A DNA stretch of 64,000 nt from Treponema sp. GTDB taxonomy: Bacteria; Spirochaetota; Spirochaetia; Treponematales; Breznakiellaceae. Shown piece after piece: positions 1 through 10,190 of the stretch. Both the position numbers and the translations under genes were made by a program. The stretch's first letter is position 1. Every line of letters begins with the position of its first letter. The stretch lies in contig JAISCR010000023.1 in NCBI GenBank assembly GCA_031265435.1, positions 8,799 to 72,798 of the forward strand. Direction: 5' to 3'. The notes below the pieces were generated by a model. The model was given only the letters and a program-made list of their open reading frames with translations. It ran no database searches and was not told the DNA's origin.

Positions 1-5
1 TAATC

Positions 6-491
6 ATGGGCACGGGGCGTATCCCGCATGAAAAGCTTGCCTCGTTTCTGTTAAAGGAAAACAGGGGGAATTTCGGATCCTCCTATATACATGAACTTGC
101 CCGTGTTTATACAGAAGAAGCCGCCGTCGAAGGGGTAAACGCCGACGCGGCTTTTGCCCAGATGTGCCTTGAAACGGGTTTTTTGGGCTTTGGGGGTCTT
201 GTGACGCCGGATATGAACAACTTCTGCGGTCTGGGTTCCATCGGGCCCGGCACACCGGGGGAAGTTTTCCCCGATGCCCGGACAGGGGTACGGGCCCATA
301 TCCAGCATTTGAAGGGTTACGCCACAACGGAGCCTCTCAAGGGTGTACAGGTAGATCCGCGCTACCGCTATGTCAAACTGGGATCGTCTCCCCGGATAGA
401 GGGTCTTGCGGGAACCTGGGCCACAGACCTCTCCTATGCGGAAAAGATCCGGAACATTCTGGAGCGGCTCTACCGCTATTCATTCTCCTGA
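6..491 (+). CDS. glucosaminidase-domain (FlgJ/autolysin-like) protein; the frame is open to the window edge, so the 5' end may be missing
   Basis: 161-aa ORF. AQMCLETGFLGFGG and NNFCGLGS resemble conserved motifs of N-acetylglucosaminidase domains. No in-frame stop upstream inside the window. Confidence 0.55.
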   Translation: MGTGRIPHEKLASFLLKENRGNFGSSYIHELARVYTEEAAVEGVNADAAFAQMCLETGFLGFGGLVTPDMNNFCGLGSIGPGTPGEVFPDARTGVRAHIQHLKGYATTEPLKGVQVDPRYRYVKLGSSPRIEGLAGTWATDLSYAEKIRNILERLYRYSFS

Positions 492-1750
492 ATTCGGTTT
501 CCGGCTATCCAGCCCCGGGAAAAACGCTGGGCTTCGATATAGGAACCGCCTTCGTCTCTGAACAGGGGATCTGAAAGGGGAATACCGTAACGGGCAAGAC
601 CTTCGAGGAGCCTGTCAAGCCGCCTTCCCCCGCTTTCTTCGGGTGGATTTGAAGGCTCAGGAAGCCCCGGCAGGGCTTCTTCTGCGATAAGGGCATCGAG
701 AAAAGGGGAAACGAGAAGCCGGGCCCGTAAACCCGCTTCGATTACCGTTCCTCCTGTCCCGGCGGCGGAATAATCCGACAGAAAGAGAAGAGCCCTGCCT
801 TCGGCAAGACTCTGCATATAGATGCCTCTTATGGAAAGACGGCCGGCTTCGTCCAGGGGGAGCTGCCAGGGAACGGCGGAAAACAGAAGAGCCGTCCCCG
901 GAGCGTCTACCTTCACCACGCCTGAGGGAGACGCAAGTTTATCGAAGATCAGGGGCCATGCGGCACGAAAGGCCTCGGACACCGGCTCCCTTTCCGGGCC
1001 CTCCGCAAAGACACCCAGCATCTCAGGCGGAGGAGGCAATTCGGCGGGATCAAAACGGATTCTTCCCGCGCGGCCGCCGTCTCCGGGGGTTTCGACTATC
1101 AAAAGACCCTTCTCAAAGCGCTGGGCCGCCTGTCCTTCGTATAAAAAATCCTCCCCAAGGGGGGCTCCGTAACCCATGGCTCCGTTGGCTCTGCCTATAC
1201 CGGCGCTTCTTCCGTAAGCATCCATGAGAATACCCCGGACGATAAAGGCCCGGGATCCCGAAAAACCCTGTACCGCCAGAATCAGGGAAGGAAGGCCCCA
1301 TGAATTGGGAATTTCCCCTGTTCCCTGCCAGTTTTGTACCCAGGCCGCGGGACTTTGAGGAGGCCAGCCGTGAACCAGGTCTCCGCCGAGAACCCCCGCC
1401 AGAGGTAAATCCCGGAAAAGACCTTCCAGATACGTTTCCCGGAAGGAACGGCTCAGTTCAGGATCCGCCGAATCTCCGGATTCCAGGTCCGGAAGGCCTA
1501 CTCCGGCGGGTATTTCAAAGGAAACAGTCCGGCCGCCTTCAAAACGGAGACCTGAAATATCCGCTCCGCTTCCCAACAGAGCATGTTCCGGTAAAACGCC
1601 ATAGGGTTCCGGCTCTTCTTCTACAGAAACAGAAACCTCTTCCTGCTCCACTTCCCCGGCGGGAGGGGGAGAGGCGGTACAGGCGGCAAAAAGGACGCTC
1701 AAAGAGAACAGAATGAAAAAATTCAGCGCGTAATGCCTCTCCGGTTTCAT
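476..1750 (-). CDS. hypothetical lipoprotein
   Basis: 424-aa ORF. The N-terminus, FFILFSLSVLFAAC, is a hydrophobic signal with a lipobox Cys. No catalytic motif recognised. The 3' end overlaps the convergent gene by 16 nt. Confidence 0.6.
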   Translation of the reverse strand: MKPERHYALNFFILFSLSVLFAACTASPPPAGEVEQEEVSVSVEEEPEPYGVLPEHALLGSGADISGLRFEGGRTVSFEIPAGVGLPDLESGDSADPELSRSFRETYLEGLFRDLPLAGVLGGDLVHGWPPQSPAAWVQNWQGTGEIPNSWGLPSLILAVQGFSGSRAFIVRGILMDAYGRSAGIGRANGAMGYGAPLGEDFLYEGQAAQRFEKGLLIVETPGDGGRAGRIRFDPAELPPPPEMLGVFAEGPEREPVSEAFRAAWPLIFDKLASPSGVVKVDAPGTALLFSAVPWQLPLDEAGRLSIRGIYMQSLAEGRALLFLSDYSAAGTGGTVIEAGLRARLLVSPFLDALIAEEALPGLPEPSNPPEESGGRRLDRLLEGLARYGIPLSDPLFRDEGGSYIEAQRFSRGWIAGNRIQENE

Positions 1751-1803
1751 GTTTTAAGTATACCATGCAACCGCTTTTCTGGTACAAGTGTCAAAATTTT
1801 ATC

Positions 1804-1831
1804 TTGACATTTTCGAGAAATTTGTTAGATT
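1804..1831 (+). promoter_or_regulatory. candidate sigma70-type promoter for the fab/acc cluster
   Basis: TTGACA (1804-1809), a 16-nt spacer, then TAGATT (1826-1831), about 43 nt upstream of the fabH ATG. Confidence 0.3.
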
Positions 1832-1837
1832 TGGAGC

Positions 1838-1863
1838 ATGACGAAATTCATAAATTTTGTCAT
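1838..1863 (+). promoter_or_regulatory. inverted repeat (candidate operator) between the putative -10 and the fabH start
   Basis: ATGACGAAAT (1838-1847), spacer TCATAA, then ATTTTGTCAT (1854-1863). The arms are complementary at 9 of 10 positions. Confidence 0.3.
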
Positions 1864-1873
1864 AAAAGAATGA

Positions 1874-2875
1874 ATGGCTATTGAAATAAAAGGTACAGGA
1901 AAGGGCATACCTTCCCGGAGGGTAAGTAATGAAGAACTTGCCCGGCAGGTGGAGACCAGCGATGAATGGATCCGTTCCCATACGGGAATCGGCGCGCGGC
2001 ATATAGCCTCCGAAGAAAACGCCGCCAGCGATTTGGCTGTGGAAGCGGCCCGGCAGGCGCTGGATATGGCGGGGCTGGAAGCGGAGAGCCTGGATCTGAT
2101 AGTAATCGGAACCGCAACCCCGGATTTTCAGGGCTGTCCTTCCACGGCATGTATCGTTCAGAACAGGCTGGGGGCAAAAAGCGCGGGCGCCATGGATCTG
2201 GCCGCAGGCTGTACGGGTTTTATCTATGGACTGGAAACCGCGGCGGCCCTCCTCTGCATCAAGAGAGAGCGCCGCCGGGTCCTGGTTATCGGGGTCGATG
2301 TTCTCAGCCGTATTACGGACTGGAATGACAGGGGAACCTGTGTGCTCTTCGGTGACGGAGCAGGGGCTGTGGTGCTTGAAAAGACCGATGCCCCCTCCGA
2401 AGGCCCCGGCAAACGGGGTTTGTTGAGAAGCATCCTGGGCGCGGACGGTTCCGGGGCCGAGTATCTGATGATCAGACGGGGAGGCAGCCGCCATCCCTGG
2501 AAGGCGGGGGAAACCATAGACAGCTCCGCTTGTCTGGAAATGAACGGCCGGGCGGTTTACAATTTTGCCGTCAAGGCCATGACGGATACGATAGAAAACC
2601 TGTTGAAGGAAGAGGGAGTGGGCATTGAAGAAGTGGCGCGGATTATACCGCATCAGGCGAACGCACGGATTGTACAGGCCGCGGGAAAACGGCTTGGAAT
2701 ACCCGAAGAAAAGTTCTTTCTTAATATTGAAGAATATGCCAATACTTCCGCGGCTTCCATTCCCATCGCGCTGGATGAGCTTAACCGTTCAGGCGGACTT
2801 TCCCGGGGGGATTTGGTGATGAGCATTGGTTTTGGGGGAGGCCTCACCTACGGAGGAAATTTGATTATATGGTAA
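1874..2875 (+). CDS. fabH: 3-oxoacyl-ACP synthase III
   Basis: 333 aa. Active-site Cys context AAGCTGFIYG, HQAN, and C-terminal GFGGGLTYG, typical of KAS III. Confidence 0.93.
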   Translation: MAIEIKGTGKGIPSRRVSNEELARQVETSDEWIRSHTGIGARHIASEENAASDLAVEAARQALDMAGLEAESLDLIVIGTATPDFQGCPSTACIVQNRLGAKSAGAMDLAAGCTGFIYGLETAAALLCIKRERRRVLVIGVDVLSRITDWNDRGTCVLFGDGAGAVVLEKTDAPSEGPGKRGLLRSILGADGSGAEYLMIRRGGSRHPWKAGETIDSSACLEMNGRAVYNFAVKAMTDTIENLLKEEGVGIEEVARIIPHQANARIVQAAGKRLGIPEEKFFLNIEEYANTSAASIPIALDELNRSGGLSRGDLVMSIGFGGGLTYGGNLIIW

Positions 2876-3813
2876 AAAAGACAGTCCTGCTCTTTCCGGG
2901 CCAGGGAGCCGGGAAACGGGGCATGGCTTTTGATTTTCTTGCGGTTTCCGCCGGGGCAAAACGGCTGTTTGAAACCGCCTCCGAAACAATGGGCAGGGAT
3001 ATGGAAGAACTGCTGCGGACCGCGGATGAGGAAAGCCTCAAACGCAGCGATATTGCCCAGCCTGCCATTACCCTGGCAAACCTTGCGGCGGCGGCATTCC
3101 TCCGTGAAAAAGGCGTGGAAGCCTGCGCTTCCGCTGGGCACAGCCTGGGAGAATATGCGGCCCTTGTTGTTTCAGGTAGCATTACCGCGGAAGATGTCTT
3201 CCGTCTGGTAAAGGCCCGGGGTGAGGCCATGCAGAAGACTGCGGAACGGATAAAGACGGAGGCAGGCGATCCGCCCGGTATGGCGGCTGTTCTGGGGCTT
3301 CCTCCCGAAGAAGTTGAGAGTCTTATTGCCGCGTGGAGCGCCGCGGGGCTGGAAGGGCTCTATGCGGCCAACATCAATTCTCCCAGGCAGCTTGTGGTCT
3401 CGGGAACTTCAAAAGCCCTGTCGGAAGCGGAAAAACGATTCAGGGAGGCGGGAGCCCGGCGTGTGGTCAGGCTTGCCGTGGCGGGGCCCTTCCATTCCCC
3501 CCTCATGAAGGAGGCCGCGGAAGAATTCCGTCCGGTACTGGAACAGGTAACCTTTAAAGATCCTGTCATCCCCTTTTATTCAAACGTAACAGGAACGAAA
3601 ATTAAAAGTGGTGAAGAAATAAAAAGGCTGGCCCTGCTTCAGATTACAAGCCCTGTCCGCTGGGTCGATGAAGAGAAGGCCATTAATGCCGCCGGAGGCT
3701 TTGCGCAGGTTCTTGAGGCAGGGCCCGGAACGGTATTGCAGGGTCTCTGGAAAGAGATAAGCGGGATTCCCTGTCTCGGGGCAGGAACCGTAGAGGAGAT
3801 AGAATTACTATGA
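2869..3813 (+). CDS. fabD: malonyl-CoA:ACP transacylase
   Basis: 314 aa. LFPGQGA and the GHSLGEYAAL active-site Ser motif. The start overlaps the fabH stop. Confidence 0.93.
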   Translation: MVKKTVLLFPGQGAGKRGMAFDFLAVSAGAKRLFETASETMGRDMEELLRTADEESLKRSDIAQPAITLANLAAAAFLREKGVEACASAGHSLGEYAALVVSGSITAEDVFRLVKARGEAMQKTAERIKTEAGDPPGMAAVLGLPPEEVESLIAAWSAAGLEGLYAANINSPRQLVVSGTSKALSEAEKRFREAGARRVVRLAVAGPFHSPLMKEAAEEFRPVLEQVTFKDPVIPFYSNVTGTKIKSGEEIKRLALLQITSPVRWVDEEKAINAAGGFAQVLEAGPGTVLQGLWKEISGIPCLGAGTVEEIELL

Positions 3814-4544
3814 GGCTGTTGAACAAAAAGGCGCTGGTTACCGGGGCTTCCCGCGGCATCGGCAGGGCAATCGGTGAGCGTTTCCTCGCGGAAGGCGCCG
3901 AGCTCTGGGGGCTGAGCGTCAGGGAGCCTGCCGATCTGGCCGGCCGTATTGTCGGGGCCGGCGGCAAACTCCACTGGATAAGCGCCGATCTGGGCGACAT
4001 CAACGCTGTCGAAGGGATCATTGAGGCTGTCCAGAAGGAAGCGGGAGGTTTTGACATCCTGGTAAACAATGCGGGCCTCACCAAAGACGGCCTTTCGTTC
4101 AGGATGAGTATTGCGGATTTCCAGAAGGTACTCGACGTGAATTTAACCTCGGCTTTTATCATCGCAAGAACCATCGGCCGGGAGATGATACGGAAGCGTT
4201 CCGGTTCCATCATCAACATGAGCAGTGTTGTAGGCATCCACGGAAACGGGGGGCAGGCCAACTATGCGGCCAGCAAGGCCGGGCTCATCGGCATAACAAA
4301 GAGTCTCGCGCGGGAAACGGCAGGCCGGGGTGTGCGGGTAAATGCTCTGGCGCCGGGATTTATCGAAAGCGATATGACTGCCGCCATGAACGAAGAGGCA
4401 AAGGGAAAAATGATGGAGATTATCCCGCTCAAGAGAAGCGGAAAACCGGAAGACATTGCCTCCGCGGCGCTTTTTCTTGCTTCCGATGATTCTTCCTATA
4501 TAACAGGACAGGTGCTTTCCGTCGACGGCGGAATGTTTATATAG
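3810..4544 (+). CDS. fabG: 3-oxoacyl-ACP reductase (SDR)
   Basis: 244 aa. TGASRGIGRAIG cofactor loop, NNAG, and YAASKAG (YxxxK). ATGA overlap with fabD. Confidence 0.9.
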   Translation: MRLLNKKALVTGASRGIGRAIGERFLAEGAELWGLSVREPADLAGRIVGAGGKLHWISADLGDINAVEGIIEAVQKEAGGFDILVNNAGLTKDGLSFRMSIADFQKVLDVNLTSAFIIARTIGREMIRKRSGSIINMSSVVGIHGNGGQANYAASKAGLIGITKSLARETAGRGVRVNALAPGFIESDMTAAMNEEAKGKMMEIIPLKRSGKPEDIASAALFLASDDSSYITGQVLSVDGGMFI

Positions 4545-4556
4545 CGGGAGGTTTTG

Positions 4557-5828
4557 ATGAATAAAAAAGTTGTTGTTACCGGCATGGGGCTGATCTCTCC
4601 TGTAGCCCATTCGGTGGATGAATTTGAAAAAGCCCTCAAAGAGGGCAGAAGCGGAGTGGGGAGAATTACTTCTTTTGATACCGCCGGTTTCGATGTTACC
4701 ATTGCCGCGGAAGTCAGGGACTTTGATCCCTCCACATGGATCGACAAAAGGGACGCGCGCAAGATGGCGCGTTTCTCCCAGTTTGCGACAGCCGCGGCAG
4801 CCCAGGCGCTGGAGCAGGCGGGATTGCTGTCACAGGCCTGTGAAGACGGAAGGCGCCGCATTACAAGCGCTCCTGAGAAGGCGGGCGTCGTTATGGGAAA
4901 CGGGATCGGCGGCTATGAGGTTGTTTCCGAATCCTTCCGCAAGCTTTTTGATCAGGGTCCCCGGCGTATGCTGCCCCTGACAGTACCCATGATGATCTCC
5001 AACGAAGCGGCCGCCAATATCAGTATCATGTACGGGCTCAAAGGCCCTTCATTTACCCAGGTGACCGCCTGTACTTCCGGAACCGATGCCCTGGGCCAGG
5101 CCCTGGATCTTATCCGCTCGGGCCGCTGCGATGTAGTGATCTCGGGCGGAACCGAAGCCTGTATAGTTCCGTTTTCAATCGGCGCCTTCCAGATGCTCAA
5201 GGCTCTCTCCACCAAACGCTGCGATGAGCCTGAAAAGGCTTCCCGGCCTTTTGACGCGGACCGGGACGGTTTTGTTATGGGTGAAGGCGCGGGCGTTCTG
5301 ATCCTCGAAAGTGAAGAACATGCAAAAAAACGGGGAGCGGCGATTCTGTCGGAATTTGCGGGATACGGCGTTACTTCCGATGCCTATCACATTACCTCTC
5401 CGGATCCTTCCGGGGAAAGCGGCGGCATGACCATTAAAAAAGCCCTTGAAGACGCAGGCCTTAAACCGGAAGACATCGGCTACTACAACGCCCACGGTAC
5501 TTCCACGCAGATCAACGATCCCGCGGAAACAAGAATGATCAAATACGCATTCGGGGATCATGCCAAAAAAATGAAAATTTCTTCAATAAAGAGCATGACG
5601 GGGCACTGCATTGCCGGTTCGGGAGGCATTGAAGCCATCGCCTGTATTCTGGCGATCGGAAAGGGTTTTTATCCTCCCACCATCAACCTTGATAATCCCG
5701 ATCCTGAATGTGATCTTGATTATGTTCCCAACAAGGTTCAGTATGGACAGATAAAAGCCGCCGCTTCCGGGTCTCTGGGTTTTGGGGGACACAACGGAGT
5801 GCTGATCTTCCGCGCCTATGACGCGTAA
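4557..5828 (+). CDS. fabF: 3-oxoacyl-ACP synthase II
   Basis: About 423 aa. VVVTGMGLISP, active Cys in ACTSGTDA, HGTSTQ, GHCIAGSGG. I chose ATG 4557 (GGGAGG 5-6 nt upstream) over the TTG at 4554 in the ORF track. Confidence 0.92.
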   Translation: MNKKVVVTGMGLISPVAHSVDEFEKALKEGRSGVGRITSFDTAGFDVTIAAEVRDFDPSTWIDKRDARKMARFSQFATAAAAQALEQAGLLSQACEDGRRRITSAPEKAGVVMGNGIGGYEVVSESFRKLFDQGPRRMLPLTVPMMISNEAAANISIMYGLKGPSFTQVTACTSGTDALGQALDLIRSGRCDVVISGGTEACIVPFSIGAFQMLKALSTKRCDEPEKASRPFDADRDGFVMGEGAGVLILESEEHAKKRGAAILSEFAGYGVTSDAYHITSPDPSGESGGMTIKKALEDAGLKPEDIGYYNAHGTSTQINDPAETRMIKYAFGDHAKKMKISSIKSMTGHCIAGSGGIEAIACILAIGKGFYPPTINLDNPDPECDLDYVPNKVQYGQIKAAASGSLGFGGHNGVLIFRAYDA

Positions 5829-5838
5829 GGGGTAAAAC

Positions 5839-6282
5839 ATGAGTGAACATGAGCAGAATCCAATCGAAGAACTATTGCCTCACCGTTCGCCTTTCCTGTT
5901 TGTAGATGATATTGTTTCCGCGGACAACAGTAAAATTGTTGCGCGGCATGTGTTTACCGAAAAGGAATTCTTCTTTGCCGGTCATTTTCCGCAATATCCG
6001 GTAGTACCCGGCGTGATTCTTGTGGAAACCATGGCACAGTCGGGGGGAGCGGGTCTCCGCAAACTCGGCATTCTTGGAGACGGGGCCCTCTTTTTCCTTG
6101 CCACGGTAGACAAGGTAAAGTTCCGCCGCCAGGTGAGGCCGGGAGATGAAGTCCGTTCGGAGATCGAAAATTTAAGGGTGTCCGCGCACATGATTAAGCA
6201 GTCGGGAAAGGCCTATGTAGGCGGTGAACTGGCCGCGGAGGCTGAATGGATGTGCCTTGTAGGAGAAAACAGTGATAATTAA
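5839..6282 (+). CDS. fabZ: 3-hydroxyacyl-ACP dehydratase (hotdog fold)
   Basis: 147 aa. LPHRSPFLFVD and GHFPQYPVVPGVILVE motifs. Confidence 0.9.
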   Translation: MSEHEQNPIEELLPHRSPFLFVDDIVSADNSKIVARHVFTEKEFFFAGHFPQYPVVPGVILVETMAQSGGAGLRKLGILGDGALFFLATVDKVKFRRQVRPGDEVRSEIENLRVSAHMIKQSGKAYVGGELAAEAEWMCLVGENSDN

Positions 6283-7525
6283 ACCCATGGTTCGCAACAA
6301 TATCTGTATCAACAGCCACCCCGCAGGATGCGCGGCATCGGTGCGGAAACAGATTGCCTATGCAACAGAGGTACTGGCCGGAGGAAAGCCGGCCGCGGAA
6401 GCCTCCGCTTCGGGGCTGCCGAAACTGGCGCTGATCCTGGGATGTTCCACGGGCTACGGACTTGCAAGCAGAATCGCCGCGGCCTTTGGGTACGGAGCCG
6501 TTACGGTTGGAGTTTCCTTTGAGAAACCCGCCACGGACAGCAAGCCCGGTACACCCGGTTACTACAACAACCTCTGTTTCGACAGGGATGCCGCCGGGGC
6601 AGGACTGGTATCAAAAACTCTGGATGGGGATGCCTTCTCCGATGAAATGAAGGATCTGGCCATTGCCGCCATAAAAGATGCGGCCGCGGAGGCGGGTATT
6701 CCCGCCCAGGCGGATCTCGTGATCTACTCCCTGGCTTCCCCGGTAAGAACAGACCCCAAAACAGGAATCATGCACAGATCGGTAATCAAGCCCATCGGAA
6801 AAAGGTATTCGGGAAAAACCATTGACATGATGACCGCGAAGATTATTGAAAACACCGCGGAACCTGCCACGGAGGAAGAAATTGCCAATACCGTCAAGGT
6901 GATGGGCGGAGAAGACTGGGAACTCTGGATTGAGGCCCTGGACAGGGTGGGGGTGCTGGCCCCCGAGGCAAGAACCCTTGCCTATACCTACATCGGTCCC
7001 TGCCTTTCCTGGGAAATCTACAAAAACGGTACCATAGGCAGGGCAAAGGAAGATCTGGAACGGGCCGGGAAGGAGATCAACAGATCCTTTGCCTCAGGCG
7101 GAAATTCAAAACGCCGGGCCTGGCTCTCGGTGAACAAGGCTCTGGTTACCAGAGCCAGCGCGGTAATTCCCATCATACCCTTCTATGTTTCTTGCCTGTT
7201 CAGGGTGATGAAAGAGAAGGGACTGCACGAAGGCTGCATCGAACAGATTGTCAGGCTTTATAAAGACAGACTCTACTCCGCCGAAGGAAAAGAAAATCCC
7301 GACAATGTTCCTGTTGACAGTGAAAACCGCATCCGTATTGACGATTGGGAGATGCGGAAGGACATACAGGAAGCCGTACTTGAGAGGATGGCAAAAACCA
7401 CTGAAGAGAACGTCCTTGAGTTAACCGACATTGAAGGTTTTAAGCACGATTTTCTGGAAGCCCACGGTTTTGATGTAGAGGGCGTTGACTATGACGCGGA
7501 CATAAACCCTGCCGGGAACGAGTAG
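6272..7525 (+). CDS. fabV: trans-2-enoyl-ACP/CoA reductase, FabV/TER type
   Basis: 417 aa with a GTG start. The N-terminus MIIKPMVRNNICINSHPAGC and GCSTGYGLASRIAAAFGYGA match the FabV/TER family as I recall it from Treponema denticola TER. Confidence 0.9.
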   Translation: MIIKPMVRNNICINSHPAGCAASVRKQIAYATEVLAGGKPAAEASASGLPKLALILGCSTGYGLASRIAAAFGYGAVTVGVSFEKPATDSKPGTPGYYNNLCFDRDAAGAGLVSKTLDGDAFSDEMKDLAIAAIKDAAAEAGIPAQADLVIYSLASPVRTDPKTGIMHRSVIKPIGKRYSGKTIDMMTAKIIENTAEPATEEEIANTVKVMGGEDWELWIEALDRVGVLAPEARTLAYTYIGPCLSWEIYKNGTIGRAKEDLERAGKEINRSFASGGNSKRRAWLSVNKALVTRASAVIPIIPFYVSCLFRVMKEKGLHEGCIEQIVRLYKDRLYSAEGKENPDNVPVDSENRIRIDDWEMRKDIQEAVLERMAKTTEENVLELTDIEGFKHDFLEAHGFDVEGVDYDADINPAGNE

Positions 7526-7539
7526 CAGAGGAACTGTAT

Positions 7540-8028
7540 ATGAATGATAAAGTTATACTTTCTTTGATGGAGAAGCTTGATAATTCTTCCATTGCCGAAC
7601 TTGTTTTTAGTGATGAAACATCCCGCCTCATACTCCGGAAGGAAGCGGCTTTTGCCAAAGGCGGCCCGGTTCTTCCCGCGGCCGGCCCTGCCGCATATAC
7701 CGCGGCCGGAACCGCCGAAGCGGCTTCTCCGGTACCGGTGCATCTTGGTCTGCCGGCGGCTCCCGAGGCAATGGAGGCCGTTCCGGGTGGAGAAATTATC
7801 ACCAGTCCCATTGTCGCCACCTTCTATGCCGCGGCCGGCCCCGACTCACCTCCCTTCGTCAAGCCGGGAACCAGGGTAAAGGCCGGCGACAGTCTCTGTA
7901 TTCTTGAGGCAATGAAGATGATGAACCACCTGGAAGCCGAATTTGACTGCGAGATACTTTCGGTAAAGGCTGCCGGTGGAGACCTGGTTGAATACGGCCA
8001 GGCTCTCTTTGAGGTAAAACGGCTCTAG
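7540..8028 (+). CDS. accB: biotin carboxyl carrier protein
   Basis: 162 aa. Ala/Pro-rich linker and biotinylation motif CILEAMKMMN. Confidence 0.9.
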   Translation: MNDKVILSLMEKLDNSSIAELVFSDETSRLILRKEAAFAKGGPVLPAAGPAAYTAAGTAEAASPVPVHLGLPAAPEAMEAVPGGEIITSPIVATFYAAAGPDSPPFVKPGTRVKAGDSLCILEAMKMMNHLEAEFDCEILSVKAAGGDLVEYGQALFEVKRL

Positions 8029-8029
8029 C

Positions 8030-9394
8030 GTGAAAAAGCCCGCTCATCTCAAGCGCCTTCTGATTGCCAACCGGGGTGAAATCGCCGTAAGGATAATACG
8101 GGCCTGCCATGAAATGGGAATAGAGGCGGTGGCGGTTTATTCAACCGCGGACAAAGACAGTCTTCATGTCAGGCTTGCCGATAAGGCGATCTGTATCGGG
8201 CCGCCCCCTTCCGCCAAAAGTTACCTTGACCGCAACAACCTTGTCATGGCGGCCATTAACAGCGAATGTGAGGCGATTCATCCCGGCGTCGGTTTTCTTT
8301 CGGAAAGCGCCTCCTTTGCGAAATTTGTCCGGGACAGGGGGCTTATCTTCATCGGCCCTGATCCTGAAGTGATAGAACTCCTGGGCGACAAGGTTATTGC
8401 CAGGGATACGGCCCGGCGTTTCGCCCTTCCCGTTACACCCGGCACCAGAGAAGCTGTCGATGATCCGCAAAAGGCCCTTGAAGCGGTAAGGGAAATCGGC
8501 TTGCCGGTGATTATCAAGGCTGCCGCCGGGGGAGGCGGCAAGGGCATGAGGATTGTCCGCAGGGAAGAAGATCTCGCGGAAAATCTTTCCATCGCGGGCC
8601 GGGAGGCGGAGGCAAATTTTGCGGACGGCAGGGTCTTTATCGAACGGTATCTGGAAAATCCCCGGCATGTAGAATTGCAGATCATCGCCGACAGCAACGG
8701 AACTGTGGCGGTTCTGGGCGAACGGGACTGTACGGTTCAAAAAAACCATCAGAAACTTATTGAAGAAAGCCCCTCCCCTGCGGTAGACAATGACATGCGG
8801 CGGCGTATGTCCGAAGGCGCTTCGGCCATGTTCCGGGAGCTTAAATACCGGGGAGCCGGCACTATTGAATTTCTCGTAGAAAAGGGCGAATTTTATTTTA
8901 TGGAAGTAAACGCGCGGGTTCAGGTGGAACATCCGGTAAGCGAGTTTGTTTCCGGCGTGGACATTATCCGCCAGCAGATACTCGCGTGCAGCGAAGGGAA
9001 AATAGACGGGGAGCTTGAAGAGTTCAACGCAAAAAACAGCGGAAAAAATTTAAAGGGACATGCCATCGAATGCAGGATCAACGCGCTCGGTCCCGGTAAA
9101 ATCAGCCGCCTTGAAATTCCCGGCGGGCCCGGAGTGCGTTTTGATTCCTTCCTGTATCAGGGCTGTACCGTTTCGCCGCACTACGATTCCATGGTGGCAA
9201 AACTTATCGTGCACAACAGAGACCGTGAAGCCGCCATTGCCCGCATGATACGGGCGCTGAATGAACTTTGTATAGAAGGGATCAAAACAAATATCAATCA
9301 ACAGAGATGGATAATGCGGAGCGACGTTTTCAAATCAGGCGATTTTGCCACATCCTGGTATGAAACCATAGCCAAGGAGGCCGAACATGAATAG
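8030..9394 (+). CDS. accC: biotin carboxylase
   Basis: 454 aa with a GTG start. LLIANRGEIAVRIIRAC, glycine loop AAGGGGKGMR, ATP-grasp layout. Confidence 0.95.
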   Translation: MKKPAHLKRLLIANRGEIAVRIIRACHEMGIEAVAVYSTADKDSLHVRLADKAICIGPPPSAKSYLDRNNLVMAAINSECEAIHPGVGFLSESASFAKFVRDRGLIFIGPDPEVIELLGDKVIARDTARRFALPVTPGTREAVDDPQKALEAVREIGLPVIIKAAAGGGGKGMRIVRREEDLAENLSIAGREAEANFADGRVFIERYLENPRHVELQIIADSNGTVAVLGERDCTVQKNHQKLIEESPSPAVDNDMRRRMSEGASAMFRELKYRGAGTIEFLVEKGEFYFMEVNARVQVEHPVSEFVSGVDIIRQQILACSEGKIDGELEEFNAKNSGKNLKGHAIECRINALGPGKISRLEIPGGPGVRFDSFLYQGCTVSPHYDSMVAKLIVHNRDREAAIARMIRALNELCIEGIKTNINQQRWIMRSDVFKSGDFATSWYETIAKEAEHE

Positions 9395-10190
9395 TGAAAA
9401 AACCGAAGTTTCACCGTCGGAGGCAAATGCCTGTCCACTCTGCGGCGCCCAACATTCCCGGAAGGATATTGACGCCGCATTAAAAACCTGTCCGTCCTGC
9501 GGTTACCATTACCGCATGGAACCCAATGAACGGCTGCTCTATCTTCCCGATCCGGGAAGTTTTGAAGAATTCTCCGCGGGCATGAGTTCCATTAATCCCA
9601 TTGATCTCGCGGGCTATGAAGAAAAACTTTCCGAAGCGGCGGTGAAGGCCCAGATGAAGGATGCCGTGATCACGGGAACCTGCAGCATTGAAGGGCGGCC
9701 CGCGATTCTGGGGCTCATGTCCTTCAAATTCATGGGCGGCTCAATGGGTTCGGTTGTGGGTGAAAAGGTCTGCAGGGCCATGCTCATGGGCATAGACAGA
9801 AAACTTCCCGTGATCATGTATACTACTTCAGGCGGCGCCAGGATGCAGGAGGGAATTTTTTCACTTTTGCAGATGGCCAAAACATCCAGCGCCGCGGCGG
9901 AACTGGACAAAGCCGGTATTCCGTTTTTCATCGTGCTCTGCGATCCCACCACCGGCGGCGTAACCGCCTCTTTTGCCATGCTGGCGGACATCACCATTGC
10001 GGAACCCGGCGCCCTTATCGGCTTTGCGGGCCCCAGGGTTATTGAAGGCACCATCCGTCAAACCCTGCCGGAAGGTTTTCAGCGGGCCGAGTTCCAGAGG
10101 GACAAGGGCTTTGTGGATCTTATCGTTACGCGGCAGGAGCAGAAAAAAATTCTTGCCCGCCTTATTGATCTGCACCGGGAGTATACATGA
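9387..10190 (+). CDS. accD: acetyl-CoA carboxylase carboxyltransferase beta subunit
   Basis: 267 aa. N-terminal zinc ribbon (CPLCG ... CPSCG) followed by a carboxyltransferase domain ([11 protein letters not shown]). Confidence 0.92.
   Translation: MNSEKTEVSPSEANACPLCGAQHSRKDIDAALKTCPSCGYHYRMEPNERLLYLPDPGSFEEFSAGMSSINPIDLAGYEEKLSEAAVKAQMKDAVITGTCSIEGRPAILGLMSFKFMGGSMGSVVGEKVCRAMLMGIDRKLPVIMYTTSGGARMQEGIFSLLQMAKTSSAAAELDKAGIPFFIVLCDPTTGGVTASFAMLADITIAEPGALIGFAGPRVIEGTIRQTLPEGFQRAEFQRDKGFVDLIVTRQEQKKILARLIDLHREYT

Noticed and set aside
8141-8932. 263-aa minus-strand ORF. The same applies to 10364-11095, 1799-2653, 3683-4261 and 9614-10367.
   Set aside because: These are antisense to accC, accA, fabH, fabG and accD, all of which carry unambiguous catalytic motifs. 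I treat them as shadow ORFs.
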